Shown here in pieces: positions 39,832 through 50,054 of a stretch of DNA of 64,000 nucleotides. The DNA is taken from assembly GCA_043810355.1 (NCBI GenBank), contig JBDROB010000075.1:16565-80564 (forward strand), given 5' to 3'. Each line of letters opens with the position of its first letter. Position 1 is the first letter of the stretch. Origin of the DNA: Candidatus Woesearchaeota archaeon (lineage in GTDB: Archaea; Nanobdellota; Nanobdellia; Woesearchaeales; JAGVYU01). The notes below the pieces were generated by a model that was not told the origin of the DNA, did not search any database, and saw only the letters and a list, made by a program, of their open reading frames with translations. A program made the translations under genes and the position numbers.

Positions 39832-39977
39832 TTTTTATTTTTTTTAACTTTTTTTCTTTTTTAATATTCATTTTTTGGTTTCAAATGAATGTTATCTAAT
39901 CCCGAATTCACTCAATCTTAGAATCAATTGAATTCGTTACTCTTTAATATTTTTTTTACTTTTATGTCTTTTCTTTT

Positions 39978-42266
39978 TTATTCTTTTTTCTCTTTTTTAA
40001 CAAATAATAGGTAAACTAAAACTCCAATTATTAAAATTATTGTAATTATAGTGATCAATCTCCCTGTTTTATATGATTGAGGCATATAACTGAATATTGC
40101 ATCTCCAGGTTCATCAATGAAAATAGCAGTTATCATGCTGTCTGCATTCAATAGCTCTTTCTCTTTGCCATTTACTGTTGCCTTCCACCCAGGAAATATT
40201 GAATATTTCTCACTCAAAACCAAAAACTTCCCTTCACCATCATTTAATCTGATCTCTTTATGATCAAAGTCATGAGTTATCACATCGCTATCTTCAATAG
40301 CAACAGGATCTAGATCTGTCTCAAATATTTTCTTTATGCCTTCATTTGTTATCTGGTTTTCATCATTGAATATATCAGGTACAACTATTCCTCCTTTGTC
40401 ATGAAACTCTCTCAATATATTGATCTCACTTTCCTCAAGAGTGCTCTTTGCAATTATCATACCAGATATTTTTTTCAGATCATTCTCAATTAATTTTTTA
40501 TTATCACTCTCTTTAGTGATTAATACTGTTTTTCTTGGATTAAACTCTTCTCCAACCAATAATCTTGGCATGATTTTATCAATATTTTCTTTATCACCAA
40601 ATAAAAGGATTGCATGCTCTGTCAAAAAAGCCCTTGGAACCACTTCCTTGTTCTCATAAACATAAGGTCCCCATCCTTTATTGATATTAGGTTCATCACT
40701 TTTACATTCATCACAATCAGAAGCCTTTTTCACCAATTCAAACCCACTTATATTCAGTTCTGTCATTGATGTAATATACTTTAAATTCAGGATCCCCCAT
40801 AATTTAGAAGGATTTTCATTTGCATATCCTAGATAATAGTTAAAATAAGGAATATACCATGCTGTCTCATATCCATAGATTCCCTCAATCCCTAATGGGA
40901 CAGTATAGAACTGGGTGTCCCAGTCTATTCCCGTTGTCTCCCAGAAATTCATCCTATAGATTCCTTCTTTTGAAGCAATCTCATTGATAGCATCATTGCT
41001 TTCAATTGCATCATAGACATCAAGGTTGATTTTGTTGAATGGTGAATAACCAAATACAGCTAGATCAAGGAATATCAGCATAAAAACAAATATATACAAT
41101 CCAACTTTCTTATTTCTATTGACTTTTTTCAATATTCTCTCAAATAATACAAATGCACCTATCCCTGCAAGTGCAGAGGCACCAAATGCAAACATCGACA
41201 ATATCCTTTCCAAATACCTGAAACTGTCAAATGGAGGGATATACTTCCATAATAAATAGAACAGGAATGATCCAGATGCCAATAATAATGACATGATTAA
41301 AACTATCAGAAAAAAGATTGTAATCTTGTTCCTGAACTTAAACACAATTGCCAGCAGCGCAAGCAGTGCTGCAAATATTCCTATATGTTCAGAAGTCTTG
41401 AATTCATGTACTTTAGGCACTCTTACAGGCTCAATCAATCTTGAAAAAAACTCAGAGACAGGAACCTTCCTTCCAGATGATTCCTCATATTTCAGATCTA
41501 CTCTTGAGCTCATCTCAAGATACTCCTTCTCAGGTAAGATCTTTTGTGCAGACAACCCACCTATTATCAATCCCACTATAATAACATTAATTGTGATCAT
41601 TTTCCATTTGTTCTTGAGATTCAAAGTAAGAATCATCGCATTATATATTAAAAATATCAAGAATGTGAAAAGAAAGACCTTTAGGTCAGGCCCTACTCTT
41701 ATTTGGATTGCAAAAATCAAGCCAGTAATAATTGACAATAGCAGCCATTTCCTTGATTTCAATGTCATTACAGCAAACAGCATTGCAAGTGGAACAAATG
41801 CATAAGCATTGAGTGTCATCAGATTAGTATTGTAAAAATATTTTATTGCATATCCGTTGAACATATAGACAAATGCAGAGATGAATGCATACTCTGGTTT
41901 TAGTTTGATAGAAATCATGAAAAGATACATGAATAGTCCTGCCAATATTATGTCAATCACAAAATTCAGCTTTAATGCTGTGACAGTATTAAAAAAAATC
42001 AGCAGATATCCGATAGGCTGGTCAAATCCAAAAGAGATTGCCTGTGCATAATATGGAGTTCCGCTCATGAAATATGGGTTCCATAATGGATTATAATCAT
42101 TATATTCCTCAAAAGAATGCCTGAGCACCTCTGATCTTGCAAAACCATATGTCAGCATGTCCCTGACAGGAATATTGTCACTTAATAAGAAATTTAAATA
42201 AAAGATTGATGGGATAAGGATTACTAAAATCCCAAAAAATATCACCTTTTTATTTTTTGCATCCAT
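39978..42266 (-). CDS. YfhO-family GT-C membrane glycosyltransferase
   Basis: PLWNPYFMSGTPYYA, FR..ER, PRAF, LVLSE.....PGWKATVNGKE, F.Y.P.S...G C-terminal YfhO signature. Confidence 0.85.
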   Translation of the reverse strand: MDAKNKKVIFFGILVILIPSIFYLNFLLSDNIPVRDMLTYGFARSEVLRHSFEEYNDYNPLWNPYFMSGTPYYAQAISFGFDQPIGYLLIFFNTVTALKLNFVIDIILAGLFMYLFMISIKLKPEYAFISAFVYMFNGYAIKYFYNTNLMTLNAYAFVPLAMLFAVMTLKSRKWLLLSIITGLIFAIQIRVGPDLKVFLFTFLIFLIYNAMILTLNLKNKWKMITINVIIVGLIIGGLSAQKILPEKEYLEMSSRVDLKYEESSGRKVPVSEFFSRLIEPVRVPKVHEFKTSEHIGIFAALLALLAIVFKFRNKITIFFLIVLIMSLLLASGSFLFYLLWKYIPPFDSFRYLERILSMFAFGASALAGIGAFVLFERILKKVNRNKKVGLYIFVFMLIFLDLAVFGYSPFNKINLDVYDAIESNDAINEIASKEGIYRMNFWETTGIDWDTQFYTVPLGIEGIYGYETAWYIPYFNYYLGYANENPSKLWGILNLKYITSMTELNISGFELVKKASDCDECKSDEPNINKGWGPYVYENKEVVPRAFLTEHAILLFGDKENIDKIMPRLLVGEEFNPRKTVLITKESDNKKLIENDLKKISGMIIAKSTLEESEINILREFHDKGGIVVPDIFNDENQITNEGIKKIFETDLDPVAIEDSDVITHDFDHKEIRLNDGEGKFLVLSEKYSIFPGWKATVNGKEKELLNADSMITAIFIDEPGDAIFSYMPQSYKTGRLITIITIILIIGVLVYLLFVKKEKKE

Positions 42267-42307
42267 TTTAAATAAATTGTCAGGAATTTTCCACAAGCAT
42301 CTGGAAT

Positions 42308-43066
42308 TCAATCCTGCTTTTTCTCAGCAACACATAAGATACTTAATCCAAATCCAAAATTAATATTATTTTCAACATTTTTAAACCAGATATTCAGCAT
42401 ATTATTCAAAAAACTTGTTTTATCACTTCGAAATCCTGCTTTCAATGACCTCTTCATTATCTTCTCACTGATCAGATAAGGGAAAAATCCCATCATATTC
42501 CAATATCTCATTCTTTTTATATTAAAACCATTTTTCAATAATATTTTCCTAAGCATCTTGGATGTATATCTTCTTTTGTGCCCAGCCAAAATATCTCTTT
42601 TGCCGTATAAGAACCTGAAGCATGGAACAACTATGATCAATTGGCCTTTCTCATTGATTATATTTCCCAAATCTGAAACAACCTTATAATCATCTTCAAT
42701 ATGTTCTAGTACATCAATCATTACAGCAGAATCAACATTTTCTTTCAATAACTTACCTATATTCTCAGCTGATTCATTATATATTTCTGAATCAGGATTG
42801 ATTGCTCTGGCATGATCTGCAGAATCTTTGTCAATTTCCAGTCCAAATGTTTTCATCCCCCTTTTATTCAATAGCCTTATCAGGTATCCTCCTCCACAAC
42901 CAATATCCAGCACACTTTTCCCTTTTATGTTTTTCATAATAAGATTAAACAGGTTATAATCCCTGAAATCATTTTTAATATATTCATCTTTAAAATTATC
43001 ATAGGAAAAACTGCATCTCTTGCAAAACTTGCCTTGCATTGGTTGCCCGCATACAGCACATTTCAT
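42308..43066 (-). CDS. Class I SAM-dependent methyltransferase with N-terminal Zn ribbon
   Basis: CAVC...CKRC; VLDIGCGGG; DVLEHIEDD; VP....LY..D...GHKRRY. Confidence 0.88.
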   Translation of the reverse strand: MKCAVCGQPMQGKFCKRCSFSYDNFKDEYIKNDFRDYNLFNLIMKNIKGKSVLDIGCGGGYLIRLLNKRGMKTFGLEIDKDSADHARAINPDSEIYNESAENIGKLLKENVDSAVMIDVLEHIEDDYKVVSDLGNIINEKGQLIIVVPCFRFLYGKRDILAGHKRRYTSKMLRKILLKNGFNIKRMRYWNMMGFFPYLISEKIMKRSLKAGFRSDKTSFLNNMLNIWFKNVENNINFGFGLSILCVAEKKQD

Positions 43067-43153
43067 TTTATAACCCTCAAATATTTCCCCCCATTGTAAT
43101 CAGTTATTTCAACTTATTTAAATATTACCCTAGAGGAATACTCTATTATACCA

Positions 43154-44122
43154 TTATCTGATCTTCCTTAAGATAGGGATTGCAAAAACACAGAGTATTA
43201 GCACAAATATATACATGATTATATGTACAGAAAATCCAGATATTATTGCTTGTTCTTTTCCAATTCCAAGGGCAATCATCGCTATTGCCCAAGCACCTTC
43301 AGATGTCCCAAATCCGCCAAAAGAGTGGATCGGCAGGATGCTTGCCCACATAAGGAATATGAATGCTATCATTATTATCCATATATTTATTTGTATATTA
43401 AGGCTCAATATCATAAAATAAAATGAAGTCAAGAAACTGGCCCATATCAATATAGAATAGATGATGACCTGCACTATCTTTTTCCTTGATTTGATATTTT
43501 TTATTTCTTCAATAACCTCTTTTATTTTTATCAAAAAAAACCCTATTATCCTGTAATGTCCTATTTTCAGCAGTTCACAAAGCCTTAAAACAATCTTGTA
43601 TATATTGTATCTTGTAAATATCAAAATAAATAATATCATAATCATTAACAGCAGAAATATTGACATTATTTTCAGAATACTGGACATTATGCTTGGTATT
43701 TCTCCAATATTCAATAGTGCTATTGAAAAAATTATCAATGACACAGTAAAATCCATCACCCTGCCTATGATGAGTGCTGAGATTGATTGAGCACTTTTGA
43801 CATTGCCTATTCTTTTTGTAAAATACACAAAACTGAGCTCACCAAGCCTTGCTGGTATCAGATTATTCAATAGTGCATGCATTGACACAATCTTGAATAG
43901 TTTGTTCGCATTAATTCTGTCATTCAGCAATGCCTTAAACCTTAATGTTCTGAAAAGATAGGTTATTGCATATAGCACAAATCCTACAAAAAGCAGTTGT
44001 ATGTCAGCATTTTTCAATGTTTCAAACAGGCTCTTAAACGTTATCTGTGACAGCAATAACCAGATCAAACCTAATGCAATCACCCCAAAAATAACATTTT
44101 TAATAATTTTTTTTTTGTTCAT
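43154..44122 (-). CDS. Lysylphosphatidylglycerol synthase TM-region / flippase-like protein (UPF0104)
   Basis: RTLRF, NNLIPARLGEL, RVMD, LPIHSFGGFGTSEG. Confidence 0.85.
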   Translation of the reverse strand: MNKKKIIKNVIFGVIALGLIWLLLSQITFKSLFETLKNADIQLLFVGFVLYAITYLFRTLRFKALLNDRINANKLFKIVSMHALLNNLIPARLGELSFVYFTKRIGNVKSAQSISALIIGRVMDFTVSLIIFSIALLNIGEIPSIMSSILKIMSIFLLLMIMILFILIFTRYNIYKIVLRLCELLKIGHYRIIGFFLIKIKEVIEEIKNIKSRKKIVQVIIYSILIWASFLTSFYFMILSLNIQINIWIIMIAFIFLMWASILPIHSFGGFGTSEGAWAIAMIALGIGKEQAIISGFSVHIIMYIFVLILCVFAIPILRKIR

Positions 44123-44199
44123 ATTGGAAAATATAATGTTTTTGACATAAACAGGAGAGGGCATAAATATTTAAATACTTATGTTTTCTTTATGGTAAG

Positions 44200-45186
44200 A
44201 TGAAAATACTGGTTACTGGGGGAGCTGGCCTTATTGGCCATAATGTTTGCAGAAAACTTCTTGAAAAAGACCATATTGTTGTATGTATTGATAACCTAAG
44301 TGATAATTATGGTCAGGATCTGAAGCAGTCAAATATCAACAGCCTCAAAACATCATTCCAAGATTCTTTTATCTTTTATAATGCAGATATCACAGATATA
44401 GATGAGATAAAAAAGATATTTTCTCTTGAAAATATTGAGAAGATTATCCATTTGGCTGCAATGGCAGGTGTCAGGCCTTCAATAGAAAAGCCAATATTAT
44501 ATACAAATGTTAATATCATTGGGCTTCAGAACTTGCTCGAGATTGCCAGAAAATATAATATCAAGAAATTTGTGTCAGCATCATCCTCTTCTGTTTATGG
44601 GGATAGGGAAGAGACCCCGTTTAAGGAGTCAGATAACACAGACTATCCAATATCTCCTTATGCAGCTACAAAGAAAGCAGGTGAAGTCCTCTGCTACACA
44701 TATCATAATCTCTTTGATATAAACATGGTATGTCTTAGGTTTTTCACAGTCTATGGGCCTGGAGGCAGGCCTGATATGGCTATATTCAAGTTCACAAGGC
44801 TTATAGATGAGCAGAGGCCTATTACAGTTTTTGGAGATGGATCTTCAAAACGTGATTATACTTTTGTCAATGATGTGACAGATGGCATTATCTCAGCATT
44901 AGATGCTGACCTTAAGTTTGAGATTATCAATTTAGGGGACAATAATCCTGTCCAGCTTAATTATCTGATTGCATTGATTGAGAAGAATATTGGGAAAAAG
45001 GCTATAATCAATAGGATGGCAATGAATCCAGGTGATGTGACAATAACCTGCGCAGATATAAGTAAGGCAAAAAAATTGTTGAATTATAGTCCTAAGATAA
45101 ATATTGATGATGGTATAAGGATTTTTGTTGAGTGGTACAAGAATTACACAACCTCAAAAAATAATGATAAACCTTTTCAAAATTGA
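44200..45186 (+). CDS. NAD-dependent epimerase (UDP-glucuronate 4-epimerase-like)
   Basis: TGGAGLIG, HLAAMAGVRPSI, ASSSSVYG, SPYAATKK, RFFTVYGP.GRPDMA. Confidence 0.9.
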   Translation: MKILVTGGAGLIGHNVCRKLLEKDHIVVCIDNLSDNYGQDLKQSNINSLKTSFQDSFIFYNADITDIDEIKKIFSLENIEKIIHLAAMAGVRPSIEKPILYTNVNIIGLQNLLEIARKYNIKKFVSASSSSVYGDREETPFKESDNTDYPISPYAATKKAGEVLCYTYHNLFDINMVCLRFFTVYGPGGRPDMAIFKFTRLIDEQRPITVFGDGSSKRDYTFVNDVTDGIISALDADLKFEIINLGDNNPVQLNYLIALIEKNIGKKAIINRMAMNPGDVTITCADISKAKKLLNYSPKINIDDGIRIFVEWYKNYTTSKNNDKPFQN

Positions 45187-45197
45187 GAATAACATTC

Positions 45198-46127
45198 CTA
45201 CAACACTTTTTCAATATAATAACTCTTCCTATTTCCGCCATAATATGTTTTGATCAGAATATCTGCCAATAATCCTAATATTATCAGCTGGAATCCAAGT
45301 ATCATGAACAATACCCCTAACAGCAGCAATGGCCTGTTTGTGAGTGATTCATTGAAAAAGAATTTTCTGAAAGTTAGATACAGATTGACCAGAAACCCAA
45401 ATAAGAATGATAATATGCCTAATCCCCCAAAAAGGTGCATTGGCCTTGTTGAATACTGCATCCAGAATTTGATGACCAAAAGATCAAGAAATCCTTTCAA
45501 GACCCTTACAAAATTGTATTTTGTCTTGCCATATTTTCTACCCCTATGATTCACTTTTACCTCTCCAATCTTATATCCCTTCCACATCAATAAAAGGGGT
45601 ATAAATCTGTGCATCTCTCCGAAAAGGTTGATATCAACAAGGCATTCTTTTTTATATGCTTTTAATGAGCATCCAGAATCATGGATCTTCTCACCCGTGA
45701 TAGCTTTTCTGAATACATTAGCAATCTTAGATATGATTTTTTTTAAAAAACTGTCTATTCTATTATGCCTCCATCCGCTTACAACATCATATCCCTGTCC
45801 CATTTTCTCAAGCAGGTTTGGGATATCATGTGGATCATTCTGGAGATCTCCGTCCATCTCAATTATCACTTTTCCTTGAGCAAGACTAAACCCTGCATCC
45901 AATGCAGATGTCTGTCCAAAATTCTTCCTGAACTTGATGATCCTTAAATGCTTGTTCTTCTCCATGATTTTGGTCATAAAAAAGAAAGATCTGTCTTTGC
46001 TCCCATCATCAATAAGGATTATCTCAAATTTGTCAGTTATCCCTTTAAGGACATCTGTGATTTCATCTACTAGAAACTTGATATTCTTTTCTTCATTAAA
46101 TATTGGTATTACAACACTTATGTCCAT
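45198..46127 (-). CDS. GT2 glycosyltransferase (ArnC-like polyprenyl-phosphate sugar transferase)
   Basis: IPIFNEE, DDGSKD, NFGQT.A, MDGDLQNDP, SGWR..R.D, DSGCSLKAY, GEMHRFIP; 2 TM. Confidence 0.9.
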   Translation of the reverse strand: MDISVVIPIFNEEKNIKFLVDEITDVLKGITDKFEIILIDDGSKDRSFFFMTKIMEKNKHLRIIKFRKNFGQTSALDAGFSLAQGKVIIEMDGDLQNDPHDIPNLLEKMGQGYDVVSGWRHNRIDSFLKKIISKIANVFRKAITGEKIHDSGCSLKAYKKECLVDINLFGEMHRFIPLLLMWKGYKIGEVKVNHRGRKYGKTKYNFVRVLKGFLDLLVIKFWMQYSTRPMHLFGGLGILSFLFGFLVNLYLTFRKFFFNESLTNRPLLLLGVLFMILGFQLIILGLLADILIKTYYGGNRKSYYIEKVL

Positions 46128-46236
46128 TTTATTAGTTTGTCAAGAATGAAATTGTATTTAAAAATATGTGGGTCGATATGTTATATATTTAAGAAATTTA
46201 TATAAAATAAATGTTTATATCTCTTAAAATATATTA

Positions 46237-46761
46237 TTATCTCTTCTCACTCTCATCATTATAAATATCTAGAATCTTGTCAATAAACTTTGTTGTGGAA
46301 AACCCTTCTATAAATTTGGCAATATGGATCCTTCCGCCATTTTTTTTCACAATTGGTGCTTCAACACAGTCTTCTCCATAATCACTGCCATTTACATGGA
46401 TATGTGGTTTTAGATTGTCAAGGAATGGCATGCACTCTGGCTCATCATATATCTCAATATAATCAACACTGTCAAGTGCTGCAAGCATCTCTGCTCTTGC
46501 CCAGGCAGGATTTATCGGTCTTTTATGCCAGTTTGGATTATTTACAAATTTCTTCCATTCTCTTACAGACTCATCGCTGTTCAGGCCTAGAATCAGGACG
46601 TCCCCTTGTTTTCTGGCCTCTTGGAGCATTTTGATATGCCCAATATGGAGTATATCATAACTTCCATTGATAGAAACTATTGTCTTGCCCTGGTTTCTTA
46701 ATTCATCAGCAATCTGCCTGATATCTTCTCTTGTTTTTACTTTTGGACTTGTAATTTTCAT
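46237..46761 (-). CDS. hldC: D-glycero-beta-D-manno-heptose 1-phosphate adenylyltransferase (RfaE domain II)
   Basis: NGSYDILHIGH..MLQEARKQGDVLILGLNSDESVR...RP....RAEMLAAL..VD...FIEGFSTT. Confidence 0.85.
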   Translation of the reverse strand: MKITSPKVKTREDIRQIADELRNQGKTIVSINGSYDILHIGHIKMLQEARKQGDVLILGLNSDESVREWKKFVNNPNWHKRPINPAWARAEMLAALDSVDYIEIYDEPECMPFLDNLKPHIHVNGSDYGEDCVEAPIVKKNGGRIHIAKFIEGFSTTKFIDKILDIYNDESEKR

Positions 46762-47657
46762 TAGATCGCCTTCATTATCATTTTGTATAGGCTAGGGATT
46801 GTCTTTTCATGCCTTTCAATAATAACAAATCCCTTTCCTCCTAAAGCGCTTACAGGTCTTTCCACAACATTTAATCTTGGCCTGTAATGGTCAATCATAT
46901 CTAAATTTGCAGTTGTGATATCACCTATATCATATCCTAGATTTCTTACAATTGTGATTGCTTTTAAAAATGTTTCTGGTAATATTACTGCACTTCCAAT
47001 ATTGACTATCACTCCTTTGTCAGCTTTGCTAAGGGTATCTGCAAATTTCTTAAAGTCAATATATGTTGCTTTTCCAAGGCTGCTTCCATCACATTTTGGA
47101 TTCATATGGATTGTGTCATTCCCTATTGCAACATGGACTGTTGCAGGTATCCCAAGCTTATAGGCCTGATACAGCACACTCTTCTCCTTATTCTTTCCAT
47201 TTAATTCATCAATTTTCTTGCCAATTGCATGTCCATACCCGTTTCCTGAGCCTGCACCTTCTTTGATTGCGCTATTCATCATCTCTCCTGTCTCTTTGAC
47301 CATTCCAAATGTGCCATTCTTGATTCCAGCTTCAACATCCTCGCTTGTCTCTCCATATGTTGCAATCTCAAAATCATGTATGCTTGTTGCTCCATTCATC
47401 ACAATATGGTTTATCACTCCTTTTTTCATCAGATCTACAATATAGGCGCTCATTCCTGTCTTGACAACATGACCGCCTATCATGAATATTATCTGTTTGT
47501 TTTTATTGTATGCCTCGATTATTCTTTCTGCAAGCTCTCTTAGATCCTCATTCTCAATTATCTTGAATGGGTCATCTGGGTTTGGAAACCTAGTTAATGC
47601 CTCTTTATGTTCCCTGTCTGCAATGCTTATTGTCTTGATTTTTGAAAAGTCTATCAT
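46761..47657 (-). CDS. Uncharacterised protein in the heptose operon (possible deoxyhypusine-synthase-like fold)
   Basis: Stop/start overlap with hldC, directly after gmhB; motifs GGHVVKTG, MNGATSIHDFE, ETSEDV, GFGM..ETG-like, PATVHVAIGND, GSAVILPE.FLKA, HYRP..NVV.RP. Confidence 0.75.
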   Translation of the reverse strand: MIDFSKIKTISIADREHKEALTRFPNPDDPFKIIENEDLRELAERIIEAYNKNKQIIFMIGGHVVKTGMSAYIVDLMKKGVINHIVMNGATSIHDFEIATYGETSEDVEAGIKNGTFGMVKETGEMMNSAIKEGAGSGNGYGHAIGKKIDELNGKNKEKSVLYQAYKLGIPATVHVAIGNDTIHMNPKCDGSSLGKATYIDFKKFADTLSKADKGVIVNIGSAVILPETFLKAITIVRNLGYDIGDITTANLDMIDHYRPRLNVVERPVSALGGKGFVIIERHEKTIPSLYKMIMKAI

Positions 47658-47666
47658 TTTAACAAC

Positions 47667-48248
47667 TCAATTGTTTAGTAGTATCCAATCTGCTGCCTTG
47701 TCAAGGTTTTTTGCAATAAATGTTGGTTTTACTTCATAATGGCCATCTTTCCCTTTTTCCCCTGATTCAGTCAATAAAAGTATTGTCCTGCATCCTATAC
47801 TCTCGCCTGTCTTGATATCAGCTGTCTTATCTCCTACAAAATAACTCTTTTCAATATCAATCTTAATCCCTTTATCAACCATATCTTTTATAGCGTTTTG
47901 TATCATACCATTCTTTGGTTTTCTGCAGTCACAATCAACCCTGTATATATCTTTGCCTTCAGGATGATGAGGGCAGTGATAAACTCCATCTAATAGAATA
48001 TTATTTTTTTTAAGTTCTTCTAGCATCAATCCAGTAAATTTATTATAATCTTCTTCAGTATAATACCCTTTTCCTATTCCAGATTGGTTTGTTATAACAA
48101 TTAATAGATAATTTTTTGATTGTAGTTTCTGGAGACCTTTAATCACTCCTTCTTCAAATCGGAATTTCATGAGCTCATATGTGAATCCATAATCTATATT
48201 GATTGTTCCATCCCTGTCTAAAAAAACAGCTTTTTTGATTATTGCCAT
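47667..48248 (-). CDS. gmhB: D-glycero-D-manno-heptose 1,7-bisphosphate phosphatase
   Basis: HAD motif FLDRDGTIN, TNQSGIGKG, Zn site CPHHPE...CDCRKP, VGDK..D. Confidence 0.92.
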   Translation of the reverse strand: MAIIKKAVFLDRDGTINIDYGFTYELMKFRFEEGVIKGLQKLQSKNYLLIVITNQSGIGKGYYTEEDYNKFTGLMLEELKKNNILLDGVYHCPHHPEGKDIYRVDCDCRKPKNGMIQNAIKDMVDKGIKIDIEKSYFVGDKTADIKTGESIGCRTILLLTESGEKGKDGHYEVKPTFIAKNLDKAADWILLNN

Positions 48249-48310
48249 TATTGTAATTTATGGTTATTTATAATTATTTAAACATTTCTTATATCCAACA
48301 CTATTGTTGA

Positions 48311-49309
48311 TCATGATAAGCTTTTTATTAATTCATCTCTTGTAATAGTGGCTGTTCCAACTTTTTCAATAGCAATACCTGCTCCATGATTCGCTAGATA
48401 TGCAGATGCATGGATATCTAGTTCAATATTGGCTAATGCCAATAATGAGATAACTGTATCGCCTGCTCCTGAAACATCAATAACAGATTTTGCCTTTGTA
48501 GGTTCTAATGAGTGATTATGATGATTATCATAGCTGAACATTCCTCTTTCACTTAGTGTGATGACTAAATATTCTGGAGATAATCTCTGCATCATTTCTC
48601 TTCCAATATCTATAATATTGTCAGCTCTGCCATTTAGTCTGAGTCCAGTGAATTGTTCAGCTTCGCTGAGATTGCAGCATACTAGTGTTGAGTTTTGATA
48701 GAATATAGCATTTGTTGGTTTCACTTCAGAATATACTTTGACACCTTTTTTTGTTGCATATTCTATTAATTCTCTGACAACAGGTTCTATTAATAGCCCT
48801 TTGTTATAATCAGATAATATTACTGCATCACTTTCATCAATACAAGGTTTTACACTGTCCAATAGCATTTGACCTGTCTTTTCAGATATTGGGCTTGTAT
48901 CTTCTTCATCAAATCTGGCAATTTGTTGTTGATGGGCCAATAGTCTCTGTTTTACTATAGTGCTCCTGTTATTTCCATTATATATAGGTATAAATGATAT
49001 TCCATATTGTCTGCATAATTCCTCTACCTTTCCACCATAAAAATCATTTCCTATCAATCCACATAAAGTAACTTGAGCATTTAATGCTGCTAGATTTTGT
49101 GCAACATTACCTCCTGCTCCAAGATTATAACTATGTCCATTAACTCTTACTAAAGGAGCAGCTGGTTGTTCTGGATTGATCCTTTCAACTTCTCCAATTA
49201 GGTAATGGTCTAGGGCAATATCTCCTAATACCAGAATCCTTCTTTTATCAAAATTGCTGATTGCTTTTCTCAGATCATAATCATTTGCCATTCTATTATT
49301 TCTCTCCAT
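48311..49309 (-). CDS. hldA: D-glycero-beta-D-manno-heptose 7-phosphate kinase (RfaE domain I, PfkB family)
   Basis: ILVLGDIALDHYLIGEVERINPEQP, GAGGNVAQNL, K.R....QQIARFD.E, SDYNKG, DVSGAGDTV, EKVGTA. Confidence 0.9.
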   Translation of the reverse strand: MERNNRMANDYDLRKAISNFDKRRILVLGDIALDHYLIGEVERINPEQPAAPLVRVNGHSYNLGAGGNVAQNLAALNAQVTLCGLIGNDFYGGKVEELCRQYGISFIPIYNGNNRSTIVKQRLLAHQQQIARFDEEDTSPISEKTGQMLLDSVKPCIDESDAVILSDYNKGLLIEPVVRELIEYATKKGVKVYSEVKPTNAIFYQNSTLVCCNLSEAEQFTGLRLNGRADNIIDIGREMMQRLSPEYLVITLSERGMFSYDNHHNHSLEPTKAKSVIDVSGAGDTVISLLALANIELDIHASAYLANHGAGIAIEKVGTATITRDELIKSLS

Positions 49310-49388
49310 TATTTAATACCTGTTCTATTGTATCCCCTTTGTTCAGACTCGGAAGTATGTCAATACCTTATTTAAGAACAAGACTTAA

Positions 49389-49850
49389 TTAATGCCTTTT
49401 TCTTTCATTGATTCTGTCCAATGAATATCTAGCTATTGAATCAGCAATATCACTCCCAACTACTCCATTTGGGATAAAATCAATATATGGCCTTAAGCTT
49501 AAAAGCCCAGGATCTTTAGAATATGCTAAAAAGATTGGATCTGACTGTCTTTGCCCTGTTGATTGAATCTTAAGAATCCTTTTTACATCTTCTGGAAGTC
49601 CAGAATCAATTTGAGGGTCATCGATTACAACAAATCCATTCCATAAAGGGTATGATAATTGCTGTAAAAGCACTTTTCTTATATCATCAGGTCTATGGCC
49701 ATACTCTTTACCACCTATGGCAATAAATGCTCTTGATTCTGGCTTAACTCTTTCTGCTACTTTTTCAAATAATCCATATTTGCTGCTTGATTTTCCAAGC
49801 AATAATACATCTGATTTATTCAGGAATGCTGTTTCTGATCCTTCTACCAT
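49389..49850 (-). CDS. Hypothetical protein
   Basis: ~150-aa soluble ORF upstream of hldA. Confidence 0.55.
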   Translation of the reverse strand: MVEGSETAFLNKSDVLLLGKSSSKYGLFEKVAERVKPESRAFIAIGGKEYGHRPDDIRKVLLQQLSYPLWNGFVVIDDPQIDSGLPEDVKRILKIQSTGQRQSDPIFLAYSKDPGLLSLRPYIDFIPNGVVGSDIADSIARYSLDRINERKRH

Positions 49851-49880
49851 TTTTTTACCTTTCTTATTTAATAACATTAA

Positions 49881-49988
49881 AGTATGAACTATTCATACTA
49901 TTCTTTTACCTTATTTAAATACATTATTGTTCTATAACATATATTCTAGAAAATATAAATTATTAAAAAGGTATTACTATATCATACT
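49881..49988. promoter_or_regulatory. Two related 19-bp palindromic sites in the divergent intergenic region
   Basis: AGTATGAA-CTA-TTCATACT (49881-49899, perfect 8-bp inverted repeat) and GGTATTACTATATCATACT (49970-49988), both GTAT-N9-ATAC. Confidence 0.5.
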
Positions 49989-50054
49989 GTTAGGGGGGGC
50001 ATAATAATAGACTGAACTAAATAAGAACATCTAATATTATGAATAATAATTAAG

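Noticed and set aside
39903..39936. CGAATTCA/TGAATTCG inverted repeat in an intergenic gap
   Set aside because: Single 8-bp inverted repeat with a long loop; could be chance or a weak terminator, and has no other support.
44200..45186. ADP-L-glycero-D-manno-heptose 6-epimerase (HldD)
   Set aside because: Motifs (AGVRPS, YAATKK, GRPDMA) match UDP-glucuronate 4-epimerase-like enzymes rather than HldD.
46761..47657. Annotation as canonical deoxyhypusine synthase or GmhA
   Set aside because: No recognisable GmhA SIS signature (GNGGS...NDY), and the context is sugar-nucleotide synthesis; any DHS resemblance is only a fold-level guess.
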